Positions 18,673 to 28,171 of a DNA stretch of 64,000 nucleotides are shown here, piece after piece. Every line of letters starts with the position of its first letter. Position 1 is the first letter of the stretch. The DNA comes from Candidatus Nanopelagicales bacterium (GTDB taxonomy: Bacteria; Actinomycetota; Actinomycetes; S36-B12): the NCBI GenBank assembly GCA_017854795.1, contig JAFMHB010000003.1:81076-145075 (forward strand), written 5' to 3'. The translations under genes were made by a program, and so were the position numbers. Below the pieces are notes generated by a model that ran no database searches, was not told where the DNA came from, and worked only from the letters and a program-made list of their open reading frames with translations.

Positions 18673-19416
18673 TCAGTCTGAAATAAGAACTTGCCGTAAA
18701 ACTTCAAGGGTGTCTTTGGAAACCCCGATGGATTGCAGATATTTATCTCCCGACCCATACTCGCTATAGAGTCCATCGAGGAAACCGCTCATGGTCTCCG
18801 GGGCAGAGTCTTGAACCCCCGTCGGTTGTTTATCTAGGTACTTGCCGTAACTCTTGAGGCGCAGTAACCGAGCGTGCACGAGCGGATAAGTTTCACGGGA
18901 TCGCACATAATCAGCAACAATGGCTTCACGCTGAACATTGATTGCATCCAGGATCACCGCAACTACAACGCCAGTTCGATCCTTGCCAGCCGCGCAATGA
19001 ACGACTGCGGGAAGACCCTCGCTCGCGAGCACTTCAGCGATAGTTCCGAAGGAATCGCTACTCACTGTGAGAAACCCTAAATAGTGCGGCACCAACATTT
19101 CTGGGGTGATCAACGGGACGGCTGTTCCAGGAACACTGGGATCCACACTGATCAGAGGTACGTTCACATGCCGGACTTCGCTGTGATTTTCCAGAGAGCC
19201 GCGACCCTCACGGACGACCTCCCCCTCAAGCCGGAGGTCGATCACGGTTCGAAGACCGACTTCATTCGCCAACCGATGGGCATCGGAATTATCAATTTCC
19301 TGCAAGGTGTCACTGCGAAAGATGCGGCCTGCTCTCACCCGACTACCTCGTGTTGTTGGCAGCCCGCCAAGATCGCGCCAGTTGTATGCCTGTTGGGGTG
19401 TCCATGACGTATCCAT
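18673..19416 (-). CDS. Tyrosine-phosphatase family protein (IphP/MptpB-like)
   Basis: NWRDLGG, IFRSD, VIDLR and the P-loop HCAAGKDRTG. Start moved to ATG 19416 (TATACT -10 box 7 nt upstream). Confidence 0.9.
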   Translation of the reverse strand: MDTSWTPQQAYNWRDLGGLPTTRGSRVRAGRIFRSDTLQEIDNSDAHRLANEVGLRTVIDLRLEGEVVREGRGSLENHSEVRHVNVPLISVDPSVPGTAVPLITPEMLVPHYLGFLTVSSDSFGTIAEVLASEGLPAVVHCAAGKDRTGVVVAVILDAINVQREAIVADYVRSRETYPLVHARLLRLKSYGKYLDKQPTGVQDSAPETMSGFLDGLYSEYGSGDKYLQSIGVSKDTLEVLRQVLISD

Positions 19417-19427
19417 CTTCTCCAGTA

Positions 19428-19440
19428 TACATCTGATGTT
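19428..19440. promoter_or_regulatory. TACATCTGATGTT, putative FadR/GntR operator over the phosphatase promoter
   Basis: Same ACATCTGATGT core as 9531; overlaps the minus-strand -10 box (19424-19429). Confidence 0.65.
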
Positions 19441-19573
19441 TCTATGCGTTGGATTCCACAACCGACTAGACTCAAACAAGATTAACCCTAAAATTTGCCC
19501 CGAAGGTCCTACGGCTGAAAACTTCTGTCTGTGGCTTTCGCAGGCCCTTTCCACATCATGAGGAGAAAACATT

Positions 19574-20728
19574 ATGCGTGACGCAGTCATCGTCGGAGCT
19601 GTTCGCAGTCCCATTGGAGTTGGCAAGCCCGAGAAGGGGTCACTGAGTGGCATCAACCCGGTTGACCTCTCTGCAATGGTGCTTGAAGGACTGATGGCAC
19701 GCACGGGAGTGGACCCCGCTTTGGTCGACGACGTCATTTGGGGATGTGTCTCCCAAGTTGGCGAACAATCATTTAACATCGGTCGAAACGCGGCGCTTGC
19801 TGCCGGTTTCCCCGAGTCAGTACCGGGCGTGACCGTGGATCGCCAGTGTGGATCGAGTCAGCAGGCAGCACACTTCGCAGCTGCAGGAGTTATTGCCGGC
19901 CAGTACGACATGGTGATCGCCGGTGGCGTTGAGTCAATGTCCCGAGTCCCCATGTTTTCAAACACGGTGGGTGGCGACGGTCCTTTCGGGCCGCGCATGT
20001 TGGATCGCTACGAAAACAATCTCGTCCCACAGGGAATCAGCGCCGAGATGATCGCCACTAAGTGGGGTCTTTCGCGAACTGACCTTGACGAACTCGCGGT
20101 GGCTTCCCATGCGCGCGCAACAGCAGCCACTGAATCTGGAATCTTTGGTGAAGAGATCATCCCAATAACCACCGCGGCCGGAATTGTTTCAACTGACCAA
20201 GGAATCCGTCCCGGTACTAGCTTGGAGGGACTCGCCGCGCTAAAGACCCCGTTCCAAGAAGGTGGAGTTGTCACTGCAGGTAACGCCTCCCAAATATCCG
20301 ACGGTGCAGCAGCCCTACTCATCACAACATCTGAGCGAGCTGCCGAATTGGGACTCACACCACTAGCCCGATTCCACACCTTCGCACTTGCCGGAGTAGA
20401 TCCGGTAATTATGCTGACGGGTCCCATTCCGGCAACCCAAAAAGTTCTACAACGTAGCGGCCTGTCCATCTCAGACATTGGTGCCTTCGAAGTTAACGAG
20501 GCTTTTGCTTCCGTGCTGGGAGCCTGGCTAAAAGAGACGGGGGCTTCACACGAGTTGACCAACATCAATGGAGGCGCCATGGCACTTGGTCACCCACTCG
20601 GTGCTTCCGGGGCGCGGGTAATGACCACGCTCGTGCACCAGATGCGCCGAAGCGGAGCTCGTTATGGACTGCAATCAATCTGTGAGGGTGGCGGCATGGC
20701 GAATGCCACAATCCTCGAGCTTCTGTAG
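19574..20728 (+). CDS. Acetyl-CoA acyltransferase (thiolase II/FadA type)
   Basis: DRQCGSSQQA, EVNEAFAS, GHPLGASG, ICEGGG. Confidence 0.93.
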   Translation: MRDAVIVGAVRSPIGVGKPEKGSLSGINPVDLSAMVLEGLMARTGVDPALVDDVIWGCVSQVGEQSFNIGRNAALAAGFPESVPGVTVDRQCGSSQQAAHFAAAGVIAGQYDMVIAGGVESMSRVPMFSNTVGGDGPFGPRMLDRYENNLVPQGISAEMIATKWGLSRTDLDELAVASHARATAATESGIFGEEIIPITTAAGIVSTDQGIRPGTSLEGLAALKTPFQEGGVVTAGNASQISDGAAALLITTSERAAELGLTPLARFHTFALAGVDPVIMLTGPIPATQKVLQRSGLSISDIGAFEVNEAFASVLGAWLKETGASHELTNINGGAMALGHPLGASGARVMTTLVHQMRRSGARYGLQSICEGGGMANATILELL

Positions 20729-20730
20729 GG

Positions 20731-21516
20731 GTGTCCAAGATGACCAACAAGGTCTACGCCAGTGCTGCCGAGGCACTCTCCGATATCAGCAACGGCGCAA
20801 CTATTGCTGTTGGAGGCTTTGGCCTGTGTGGCATTCCCAGTGTGCTTATCAATGCGCTTCTACAGTTAGCACCAAAAGACTTGCAGGTGGTGAGCAACAA
20901 CTGTGGCATTGATGATTGGGGGCTCGGCCTACTACTTCGAGCTGGCCTTATCTCGCGAATGACTTCTTCTTATGTTGGGGAAAACAAAGAGTTCGAGCGT
21001 CAATACCTTTCCGGTGAGCTCGAGGTCGAACTCGTACCGCAAGGAACCCTCGCCGAACGTTTGCGGGCCGGTGGCGCCGGGATTCCGGCCTTCTACACGC
21101 CAGCGGGTGTCGGAACTTTAGTCGCTGAAGGCGGAATGCCACTGCGTTACAACTCAGATGGCTCAGTGGCAATTGAGTCCGCACCCAAAGTTGTCGGAAC
21201 ATTCGACCTCGAGGGCGTACCCAACGAGTACGTTCTTGAACACGGCATTCGCACCGACTTCTCCCTAGTTCGAGCAAGTATTGGTGACACCGCAGGCAAC
21301 TTGGTTTTCCACCGAAGTACCAGAAATTTTAACTCGCTGGCTGCAGCGGCGGGGCGAATCACAATCGCCGAGGTAGAGGATCTTGTGGAGCCGGGGCAGA
21401 TCGACCCCGAACTCGTCCACACGCCAGGAATCTTTGTTCAGCGCATCGTTCCGCTCAATGCGGAACAGGCTGCCGACAAGCGAATCGAACGTCGCACACT
21501 GAGGAGTACCCCATGA
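20731..21516 (+). CDS. scoA: 3-oxoacid CoA-transferase subunit A
   Basis: [37 protein letters not shown]. Confidence 0.92.
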   Translation: MSKMTNKVYASAAEALSDISNGATIAVGGFGLCGIPSVLINALLQLAPKDLQVVSNNCGIDDWGLGLLLRAGLISRMTSSYVGENKEFERQYLSGELEVELVPQGTLAERLRAGGAGIPAFYTPAGVGTLVAEGGMPLRYNSDGSVAIESAPKVVGTFDLEGVPNEYVLEHGIRTDFSLVRASIGDTAGNLVFHRSTRNFNSLAAAAGRITIAEVEDLVEPGQIDPELVHTPGIFVQRIVPLNAEQAADKRIERRTLRSTP

Positions 21517-22163
21517 GTTGGACTCGAGAGCAGATGGCCGTCCGGGTAGGTCAAGAGCTTCAGGACGGGCAGTATGTAAACCTTGGAATTGGCCTCCCAA
21601 CGCTCATCCCCAACCACCTTCCGTCCGGTGTGAATGTGATTTTGCAGAGCGAGAATGGCATCTTGGGTACCGGGGCTTATCCCGATGAAAATGAAGTCGA
21701 CGCCGACCTCATCAATGCGGGCAAAGAAACCGTTACCGTCCTTCCGGGGGCATCATTTTTCGACTCAGCAACTAGTTTCGCGATGATCCGCGGCGGCCAT
21801 ATCGATGCCGCTGTCCTCGGCGCAATGCAAGTTTCCACGGATGGTGACCTTGCTAACTGGATGATCCCCGGCAAGATGGTTAAAGGCATGGGTGGTGCAA
21901 TGGATTTGGTTCACGGTGCTAAGAGAGTGATAGTGATGATGGAACACACTGCCAAAGACGGGAGTCACAAGATCGTCGATACCTGTGACCTTCCGCTTAC
22001 TGGCCGGAAGGTTGTTCATCGGATCATTACAGACTTAGCCGTTATTGACGTTACACCGGAAGGTCTCGTCCTTCGGGAGACCGCACCCGGTGTAGATCTC
22101 GAGCAGGTTCAGTCCGCAACAGGACCTACCTTGATCATTGCCGAGAGTTACAGGCAGGCATGA
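21513..22163 (+). CDS. scoB: 3-oxoacid CoA-transferase subunit B
   Basis: [16 protein letters not shown] (catalytic Glu), KGMGGAMDL. Confidence 0.93.
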   Translation: MSWTREQMAVRVGQELQDGQYVNLGIGLPTLIPNHLPSGVNVILQSENGILGTGAYPDENEVDADLINAGKETVTVLPGASFFDSATSFAMIRGGHIDAAVLGAMQVSTDGDLANWMIPGKMVKGMGGAMDLVHGAKRVIVMMEHTAKDGSHKIVDTCDLPLTGRKVVHRIITDLAVIDVTPEGLVLRETAPGVDLEQVQSATGPTLIIAESYRQA

Positions 22164-23209
22164 GTAACTTGCCATCAGCCAGTTTTAAGATCGACGCAAA
22201 CTTCGGCACTGGAGCTACGGGCGACATCCAAGACATTCGGGATTTGGCAATATCCGCGCAAAGATCAGGATTTAATGCGATCTGGTCCTCCGAGGCGAAA
22301 CACGATCCATTCCTCCCTTTACTCGTTGCCGCAGAAGCCACAAGCACTCTCACTGTGGGTACATCTATCGCCGTCGCCTTCGCTCGCTCCCCGATGACCC
22401 TCGCCCAGACAGCCTACGACCTTCAGTCACTCACCAAGGGACGGTTCGTGCTCGGGCTCGGCAGCCAAGTGAAACCCCACATCCAAAGACGATTCTCTAT
22501 GCCCTGGAGTGAACCAGCTCCACGAATGCGCGAATACGTTCAAGCACTCAAAGCCATCTGGTCCGCATGGCAAGAGGGGACACCATTGCGCTTTGTTGGG
22601 GAGCACTATAAACACACACTGATGACACCGTTTTTTGCCCCCGACTCACATCCGTACGGCCCACCGCCCGTCTACGTCGCTGCCGTTGGATCAGTTATGA
22701 CCAAGGTTGCGGGTGAAGTAGCCGACGGCGTGATTTTGCACGGCTTCACAACTCGCCGCTACATCAAAGAGGTCTCACTTCCCGCCGTTTCGGCGGGCCT
22801 GAAGCAAGGGGATCGCGAGGAAGGCGCTTGCGCCATAAGCCTCATGGGTTTCGTAGTTAGCGGAGATACCAGTGAAGAAATGGATCGGGCCGCAGCAGCC
22901 GTTCGACAGCAAATCGGTTTCTACGGCAGTACACCGGCTTACCGTCCCGTGCTCGAACTACATGGTTGGGGTGAACTAGCCGACACACTTTCCGGCCTCG
23001 CACGTGAAGGTGGTGACGCTTGGGCGACTATGGGAGAACATATCCCCGATACGGTGCTGGAACAGTTTGCGGTGATTGCCCCTCGCAATGAGTTAGCAGA
23101 GGCAATCACCCAACGGTTCGAAGGTGTTCTCGACCGGTTCTCCTTCTATGTTCCCTACCAAGTTGCCAATGGTTTTTGGGACCCGGTCGTTCGCGACTTG
23201 CGCGCTTAG
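22160..23209 (+). CDS. LLM-class, probably F420-dependent oxidoreductase (TIGR03617-like)
   Basis: [48 protein letters not shown]. Confidence 0.85.
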   Translation: MSNLPSASFKIDANFGTGATGDIQDIRDLAISAQRSGFNAIWSSEAKHDPFLPLLVAAEATSTLTVGTSIAVAFARSPMTLAQTAYDLQSLTKGRFVLGLGSQVKPHIQRRFSMPWSEPAPRMREYVQALKAIWSAWQEGTPLRFVGEHYKHTLMTPFFAPDSHPYGPPPVYVAAVGSVMTKVAGEVADGVILHGFTTRRYIKEVSLPAVSAGLKQGDREEGACAISLMGFVVSGDTSEEMDRAAAAVRQQIGFYGSTPAYRPVLELHGWGELADTLSGLAREGGDAWATMGEHIPDTVLEQFAVIAPRNELAEAITQRFEGVLDRFSFYVPYQVANGFWDPVVRDLRA

Positions 23210-23928
23210 CCGGGACGAACTACTTCGCCGTCACCGGACAAACGGCGGTAGGCGAGTGCATCAGCCAAGTAGCTAAATGCTGCCACGAATACGTTGACAA
23301 ACAACGCTATGACTGCCACAACGACAAGAAGAATTGAAGTCAGAACATTCGAATCTGAATCAAGCATGCCCGTCAAAATTCCCTGCGCAAGCGCAACAAC
23401 CAGAGTGATGGCGACGGTTGACCCGATGAGCACAATTCGGAAACCAATGAAACGCCAGAACGACGTTGTGATTAACTCCCAACTCATTGCGAGAGAAGCA
23501 AATCCGGTCATACCTGGCTTACCAATAAGAGCATAGGGAAATAGCGCGAACATGAACGCAAAAATCAATCCAGGAATAATGAATGCAAACAGTCCAATGG
23601 TGACTATGCCGATATAGACGACGCCCGCGACCAGGAACCACCAGAAGCGATCAGATCGCAGCAACACACTCACTGATGGCTTGGCGCCTTCCGAGGCGTT
23701 GTAAGCATTTCGCAGAATCCCCAGGAATGTGTAAAAGAAGCCCAGGATTCCGATAAAGATCACAATTGCACCGAGCGCAGGAACTGCAATAGCAGCCAGG
23801 ACGCCGACGACAATAATTGCGGAAGGAATCGCAATCGCAACCACAATCACTAGCAACCAGTGCCAGTATTGACGCTTGGCCAAACTCCAGGCTTCATCAA
23901 GTACTGCGGCAATATCAAATCCACTCAT
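23206..23928 (-). CDS. Hypothetical integral membrane protein (DUF975-like)
   Basis: 5-6 TM segments, LFAFIIPG and SWEL motifs. Start at ATG 23928 with a GAAAGG RBS. Confidence 0.7.
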   Translation of the reverse strand: MSGFDIAAVLDEAWSLAKRQYWHWLLVIVVAIAIPSAIIVVGVLAAIAVPALGAIVIFIGILGFFYTFLGILRNAYNASEGAKPSVSVLLRSDRFWWFLVAGVVYIGIVTIGLFAFIIPGLIFAFMFALFPYALIGKPGMTGFASLAMSWELITTSFWRFIGFRIVLIGSTVAITLVVALAQGILTGMLDSDSNVLTSILLVVVAVIALFVNVFVAAFSYLADALAYRRLSGDGEVVRPG

Positions 23929-24096
23929 GGGTTTACACCTTTCTTCATATTTTCCGTCACCCATCCGGGTGATTCATTACCCCCAACTATGACCTAGTTG
24001 TCCTTGAAATCACCGTAATGAGACAGGAATTAGGTAAATCATTCGCTACCTTTAACTGATTGGGTGTATTCAAACACCCTCAATCTGAGGAGAAAT

Positions 24097-24447
24097 ATGT
24101 CTTTCGGAGACGCGATCAAATCTGGATTTTCAAATTATGTGAAGTTTGACGGTCGAGCCAGCCGCTCTGAGTTTTGGTGGTTCATTCTATTTATCTCCAT
24201 CATCGGGGTCGTTATTAACATAATTGATAACGCCATCGGGACGGGGATTGTCATTAGCTTGATCTGGTCGCTCGCAGTATTGCTACCTGTGCTCGGGCTT
24301 TATTTCCGCCGTTTGCACGACACTGATCGCTCAGCCTGGTGGTTACTTATTGGGTTTATCCCATTCGTCGGATCAATTGTGTTAATTGTGTTCTGGGCAA
24401 TCAATGGAACACCTGGTGACAATAAATATGGTGCACCTGCCAGTTAA
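24097..24447 (+). CDS. DUF805 (YhaH-like) membrane protein
   Basis: FDGRASRSEFWWF, RRLHDTDRSAWW, GDNKYG; GAGGAG RBS. Confidence 0.92.
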   Translation: MSFGDAIKSGFSNYVKFDGRASRSEFWWFILFISIIGVVINIIDNAIGTGIVISLIWSLAVLLPVLGLYFRRLHDTDRSAWWLLIGFIPFVGSIVLIVFWAINGTPGDNKYGAPAS

Positions 24448-24463
24448 GAATTCTCAATCGATT

Positions 24464-24492
24464 GTGGGTGAGCACCCAAAGTGCTCGCCCAC
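24464..24492 (+). terminator. Intrinsic terminator after DUF805 (probably bidirectional)
   Basis: GTGGGTGAGCAC-CCAAA-GTGCTCGCCCAC followed by TTTCATTTT. Confidence 0.75.
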
Positions 24493-24501
24493 TTTCATTT
24501 T

Positions 24502-25545
24502 CTAAGGCGCAGAACGTAGATCGCTCAACACGTATGCCAATAATTCTTGTCCATGATCTGACGCTGTCACAATGTCTGCGACGTGCAGATCAACGCCGCC
24601 GAATGACTGTAGGCGCAGAACATCTCCATTACGATTTCGATTAGGGAAAATCCCAGCAAAACTAAATTGTAAGGCGCTCTCTTGCTGTTCAAGAACAATT
24701 TGTGTTTGCGGGACCTGCAACGGCATATCGAGATACACGGCGTCACGACCCTTAACATCAAGTTGCTCGCTTCGAATGTGTGACACAATTTGCGCCAAGT
24801 CATATCCTGGTATCTCAACATGGATCACTGCCGAGTTGTGGTCATCCTTTTCTTCAACGGTGAGAACCGTTTCATCGACAATGTGTATTTCAGGAGAAGC
24901 CGCGACGATCTCGCCATGAAGGCCTGAGGTTTCCAGAATAGACAACACAATTACTCGGTGTTTTTCAGGGACGAACATAGGTCGGTTCTCACCACCATTG
25001 AGTTTCAGATAAAACAAAGCAACTGACTGACGGTGGGCATCGGGGTCTACGGCTGCATTGTTGCTCACCGTTGAAGGAATCCACCCAAGCAAAAATCCTG
25101 TTTCATGCGCACCTAATGCGATGTTTGCTTTTTGTGAATACGGGTGTGCTGCCGTTGCTTCACTAAAGATTCCTAGATACCCAGCTTCAGCCGCCCACTG
25201 AGCGGCAAATCTTTTCAATCTCTCAAAAACATGATGGCCTCGTGCTGCGTCACGCACAACGGCGACTCCCGCATGCATGACCCGCTCCGTGGTTTCCTCA
25301 ACCATAAGTGCCATGTGACCAAGGATGGTGCCATCAGATAGGTGACCGATCGCGCTACGCAGCGTATGTGTGTTGATCCGGTGCGCAATTTGATCGGGTT
25401 GATACACCCACTCCGCGTCATAAGTGTCGCCATAAGCCTCGCGGACAAGCTCCACCAGAACACTGGATTCTTCAGCCGCAAGAAAGCGGATATGAACCTC
25501 AGCTTCCTCCGTCGCTGGCGCTTGCTCAGAGGATTGGTAATTCAT
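24502..25545 (-). CDS. GNAT-fold hypothetical protein
   Basis: AVVRDAARGHHVF resembles the acetyl-CoA motif; AYGDTY and HPYSQK. Confidence 0.65.
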   Translation of the reverse strand: MNYQSSEQAPATEEAEVHIRFLAAEESSVLVELVREAYGDTYDAEWVYQPDQIAHRINTHTLRSAIGHLSDGTILGHMALMVEETTERVMHAGVAVVRDAARGHHVFERLKRFAAQWAAEAGYLGIFSEATAAHPYSQKANIALGAHETGFLLGWIPSTVSNNAAVDPDAHRQSVALFYLKLNGGENRPMFVPEKHRVIVLSILETSGLHGEIVAASPEIHIVDETVLTVEEKDDHNSAVIHVEIPGYDLAQIVSHIRSEQLDVKGRDAVYLDMPLQVPQTQIVLEQQESALQFSFAGIFPNRNRNGDVLRLQSFGGVDLHVADIVTASDHGQELLAYVLSDLRSAP

Positions 25546-25577
25546 TGGTTGATTATGACAATGATTGCGGCCATAAA

Positions 25578-25618
25578 ACGAAGGTGGGGCCGCTCTTACG
25601 AGCCGGCCCCACCTTCGT
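25578..25618 (-). terminator. Terminator of the rpsF-ssb-rpsR-rplI operon
   Basis: ACGAAGGTGGGGCCG...CGGCCCCACCTTCGT long stem, with a T-run on the minus strand. Confidence 0.8.
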
Positions 25619-25631
25619 GTGTTTCAAGATA

Positions 25632-26078
25632 CTAGTTAGCTGCGACCTCAAAGGTAACCTTCGCGGTGACGCCAGGATGAACCTCAACGGTGGCGCTGTG
25701 CTTTCCAACCGTTTTGACTGCGCCGGCCAGGTGCACCTTGCGCTTATCAATGGAGATGTTGCCGGCAGATTTAACTGCACCAGCAATATCAGCGGTCGTA
25801 ACTGAACCAAAGAGCTTGCCGGTTGCTCCAGCCTTAGCGGGAACAACAATCACCATTGATTCAAGTGACTGCTTGATTTCATTGGCATGATCGCGGTCGC
25901 GAACCTCGCGCACCTTGCGGGCGCGCTTGATTTGTACAACCTGCTTCTCGCCGCCACGGGTCCACGAGATTGCAAAGCCACGTGGAAGTAGGAAGTTACG
26001 GCCGTAACCGTCCTTCACTTCAACGATGTCTCCAGCAGTTCCGAGACCATTAACTTCCTGAGTGAGTATGAGTTTCAT
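25632..26078 (-). CDS. rplI: 50S ribosomal protein L9
   Basis: MKLILTQEV..LG..GDIVEVKDGYGRNFLLP. Confidence 0.98.
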   Translation of the reverse strand: MKLILTQEVNGLGTAGDIVEVKDGYGRNFLLPRGFAISWTRGGEKQVVQIKRARKVREVRDRDHANEIKQSLESMVIVVPAKAGATGKLFGSVTTADIAGAVKSAGNISIDKRKVHLAGAVKTVGKHSATVEVHPGVTAKVTFEVAAN

Positions 26079-26094
26079 TGTGAGTCTCCTTTAC

Positions 26095-26355
26095 TTACCG
26101 CGTTGCCGCTGAGTAGGGAAGAAGTGCCATTTCACGGGCGTTCTTCACAGCCATGGCAACATCGCGCTGGTGCTGGGTGCAGTTACCTGTTACCCGGCGA
26201 GCACGAATCTTGCCGCGATCGGAAATGAATTTGCGAAGTAGGTTTACGTCTTTGTAGTCAAGACCCTTTACTTCTTTCTTGCAGAAAGCACAGGCCTTGG
26301 CCTTCACCATCTTGTTCTTGTCCAACGTTTGTTGGCGCTTGTTATCGCGTGCCAT
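26095..26355 (-). CDS. rpsR: 30S ribosomal protein S18 (Zn-binding C+ type)
   Basis: [29 protein letters not shown]. Confidence 0.98.
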   Translation of the reverse strand: MARDNKRQQTLDKNKMVKAKACAFCKKEVKGLDYKDVNLLRKFISDRGKIRARRVTGNCTQHQRDVAMAVKNAREMALLPYSAATR

Positions 26356-26396
26356 TGTGTTAACTCCTTGAAGTTATTGTTGTTAAATTTATATGA

Positions 26397-26867
26397 TTAA
26401 AAAGGTGGTTCGTCAAAGTTTGCAGGAGGTGCATCAGTTGCCCAGGGGTCGTCTGCAGGAGCTGCGGAACCACCACCTGAACTAAATCCACCATCGGAGC
26501 GCTGAACTCGATTGACCTTCGCTGTTGCATAACGCAGTGCGGGACCAACATCCTCGACTTCAACTTCCATCACTGTTCGCTTTTCGCCCTCACGGGTTTC
26601 ATAGGAACGCTGCTTCAACTTGCCCGAAACCATTACTCGAGTTCCCTTTGTGAGTGACTCGGCAACATTCTCGGCGTATTGACGCCACACACTGCACCGC
26701 AAGTAGGTCGGATCCCCGTCTTTCCATTCATTTGTCGTTTTGTCCAAGTAACGTGAACTTGTAGCAACGGTGAATGAGGCGACAGCGGCGCCGCTGGGGG
26801 TGAAGCGCAGTTCAGGATCGTTGGTCAGGTTGCCAACAACCGTCACGTTGATATCCCCGGCCGCCAT
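26397..26867 (-). CDS. ssb: Single-stranded DNA-binding protein
   Basis: [16 protein letters not shown] and C-terminal DEPPF. Confidence 0.98.
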   Translation of the reverse strand: MAAGDINVTVVGNLTNDPELRFTPSGAAVASFTVATSSRYLDKTTNEWKDGDPTYLRCSVWRQYAENVAESLTKGTRVMVSGKLKQRSYETREGEKRTVMEVEVEDVGPALRYATAKVNRVQRSDGGFSSGGGSAAPADDPWATDAPPANFDEPPF

Positions 26868-27175
26868 TAGGAAGCCTTAACCGCAACGGACCAGTTGGGA
26901 CGAATCACCTTGGTGCGAACAACAGCTTCGTTGAGTGAAAGTTGACGGTCCAGTTCAGCAACTGCTTCAGGGGTCGACAACAACTCAATGACGGCGTAGT
27001 AGCCCTCGGTCTTGTGATTGATCTCGTAGGAGAAGCGACGCTTGCCCCATAGATCTACTTTTTCAACAGTTCCACCGTCTGCCTTGATCACATTAAGGAA
27101 TGTGTCGAGACTGGGGGCAATTGTTTTTTCTTCGAGTTCAGAGTCCAGAATGACCATGACTTCGTATTTACGCAT
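26867..27175 (-). CDS. rpsF: 30S ribosomal protein S6
   Basis: [20 protein letters not shown]. Confidence 0.98.
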   Translation of the reverse strand: MRKYEVMVILDSELEEKTIAPSLDTFLNVIKADGGTVEKVDLWGKRRFSYEINHKTEGYYAVIELLSTPEAVAELDRQLSLNEAVVRTKVIRPNWSVAVKAS

Positions 27176-27240
27176 GAATTAACCCACCTCCTTCGGACTA
27201 AACGGTCACGGCATTTCCGTGACAGGAGGGTTTCTGCCCC
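27176..27240 (-). ncRNA. S6:S18 ribosomal-protein leader (cis-regulatory)
   Basis: On the minus strand: anti-SD CCTCCT, hairpin GTCACGG-AAATG-CCGTGAC, CCG motif, then SD AGGAGG upstream of rpsF. Confidence 0.7.
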
Positions 27241-27368
27241 CGAAGGCTATCTGCATCCACCGATTACCCGTGCGCTGCCCCCATATCCACACTCCCCTGA
27301 TGCTTTTCCCATGTGCTGACTCATGATGGAATCCTGTAGACGTGTCCATTTTCCCTCCACAGCACGAT

Positions 27369-27389
27369 TGGTACCGAAAATGGTACCGT
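27369..27389 (+). promoter_or_regulatory. vapBC operator/promoter: two TGGTACCG boxes 12 bp apart, overlapping -10 TACCGT
   Basis: TGGTACCG at 27369 and 27381 (GGTACC palindromes). The -10 box is 6 nt before ATG 27396, suggesting a leaderless start. Confidence 0.65.
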
Positions 27390-27395
27390 TTTTCC

Positions 27396-27683
27396 ATGAG
27401 TTTGAACCTTAGGCTTTCTGATGACCTAGCCGCCGGCCTTCGATCATTGGCTCAAGACACCGGGAAGTCACAGCAGGCCTTGATCCGCGAGGCGATCGAG
27501 ATGTACCTGCGGGATTACAAAGTCCAGGCGTATCCACCTGAGATCCGGTACGCGATCACTCCGGCGACAACCACTTACGCGGCGGCGCTGGAAGAAGTAA
27601 AGGCCATGGGGGACCTAGAAACCTTGACCGATAAAGAATCCATGCTGGCAACACTTCAAGAACTACGTGAAGATCGTGTGTGA
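27396..27683 (+). CDS. vapB: Ribbon-helix-helix antitoxin (VapB/CopG-like)
   Basis: MSLNLRLSDDL...LA...GKSQQALIREAI RHH pattern; lies upstream of a PIN gene. Confidence 0.8.
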   Translation: MSLNLRLSDDLAAGLRSLAQDTGKSQQALIREAIEMYLRDYKVQAYPPEIRYAITPATTTYAAALEEVKAMGDLETLTDKESMLATLQELREDRV

Positions 27684-27695
27684 ACGGGCTCAAAA

Positions 27696-28082
27696 ATGAA
27701 GCTATACGTTGACACCAACATTCTCCTTCAGGATTTGATTGACCACCCGGATTCAGGTGCAGTTGCGGGGGAGTCTTTTCGGTTTCAGAGCCAAGGCCAC
27801 ACATTGGTTTCCAGTGTGCTGACCGCCGTTGAAATCGATCGGGTCTTGCTACGGCACGGCGGTTCACGGACCCAGATAACGGCAACGTTGCTCCGTGGAT
27901 TCGACCTCTTGGCGATCACGCCTGCAGTACTTGACCTGGCGCGCGTCATTCCCGTGCAATTCCTCAAGACCTTGGACTCACTGCATCTCGCAACGGCGGT
28001 CATCAGTCGTTGTGACGCGGTGATCACCATGGACCAGCAATTGGCCCAGGCTTGCGCAGAAATTGGATTAGCTGTCGCCTAA
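27696..28082 (+). CDS. vapC: PIN-domain toxin
   Basis: YVDTN, AVEI, KTLDSLHLATA and ITMD acidic tetrad. Confidence 0.9.
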   Translation: MKLYVDTNILLQDLIDHPDSGAVAGESFRFQSQGHTLVSSVLTAVEIDRVLLRHGGSRTQITATLLRGFDLLAITPAVLDLARVIPVQFLKTLDSLHLATAVISRCDAVITMDQQLAQACAEIGLAVA

Positions 28083-28171
28083 AAGGAATTCCATCTTTAA
28101 TACACACCCTTGTGTCATGCCAGTGAATCAATAGCGCGAAGTCCAGAGTGGGTGGGGAATAGGCTGCTCCC

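Noticed and set aside
19417-19779. N-terminal extension of the phosphatase ORF, and similar extensions of accB, the MFS at 36830, DUF6049, murJ, ppiA and gyrB
   Set aside because: They overlap neighbouring genes or a tRNA, or lack homology; better starts with an RBS or -10 box lie downstream.
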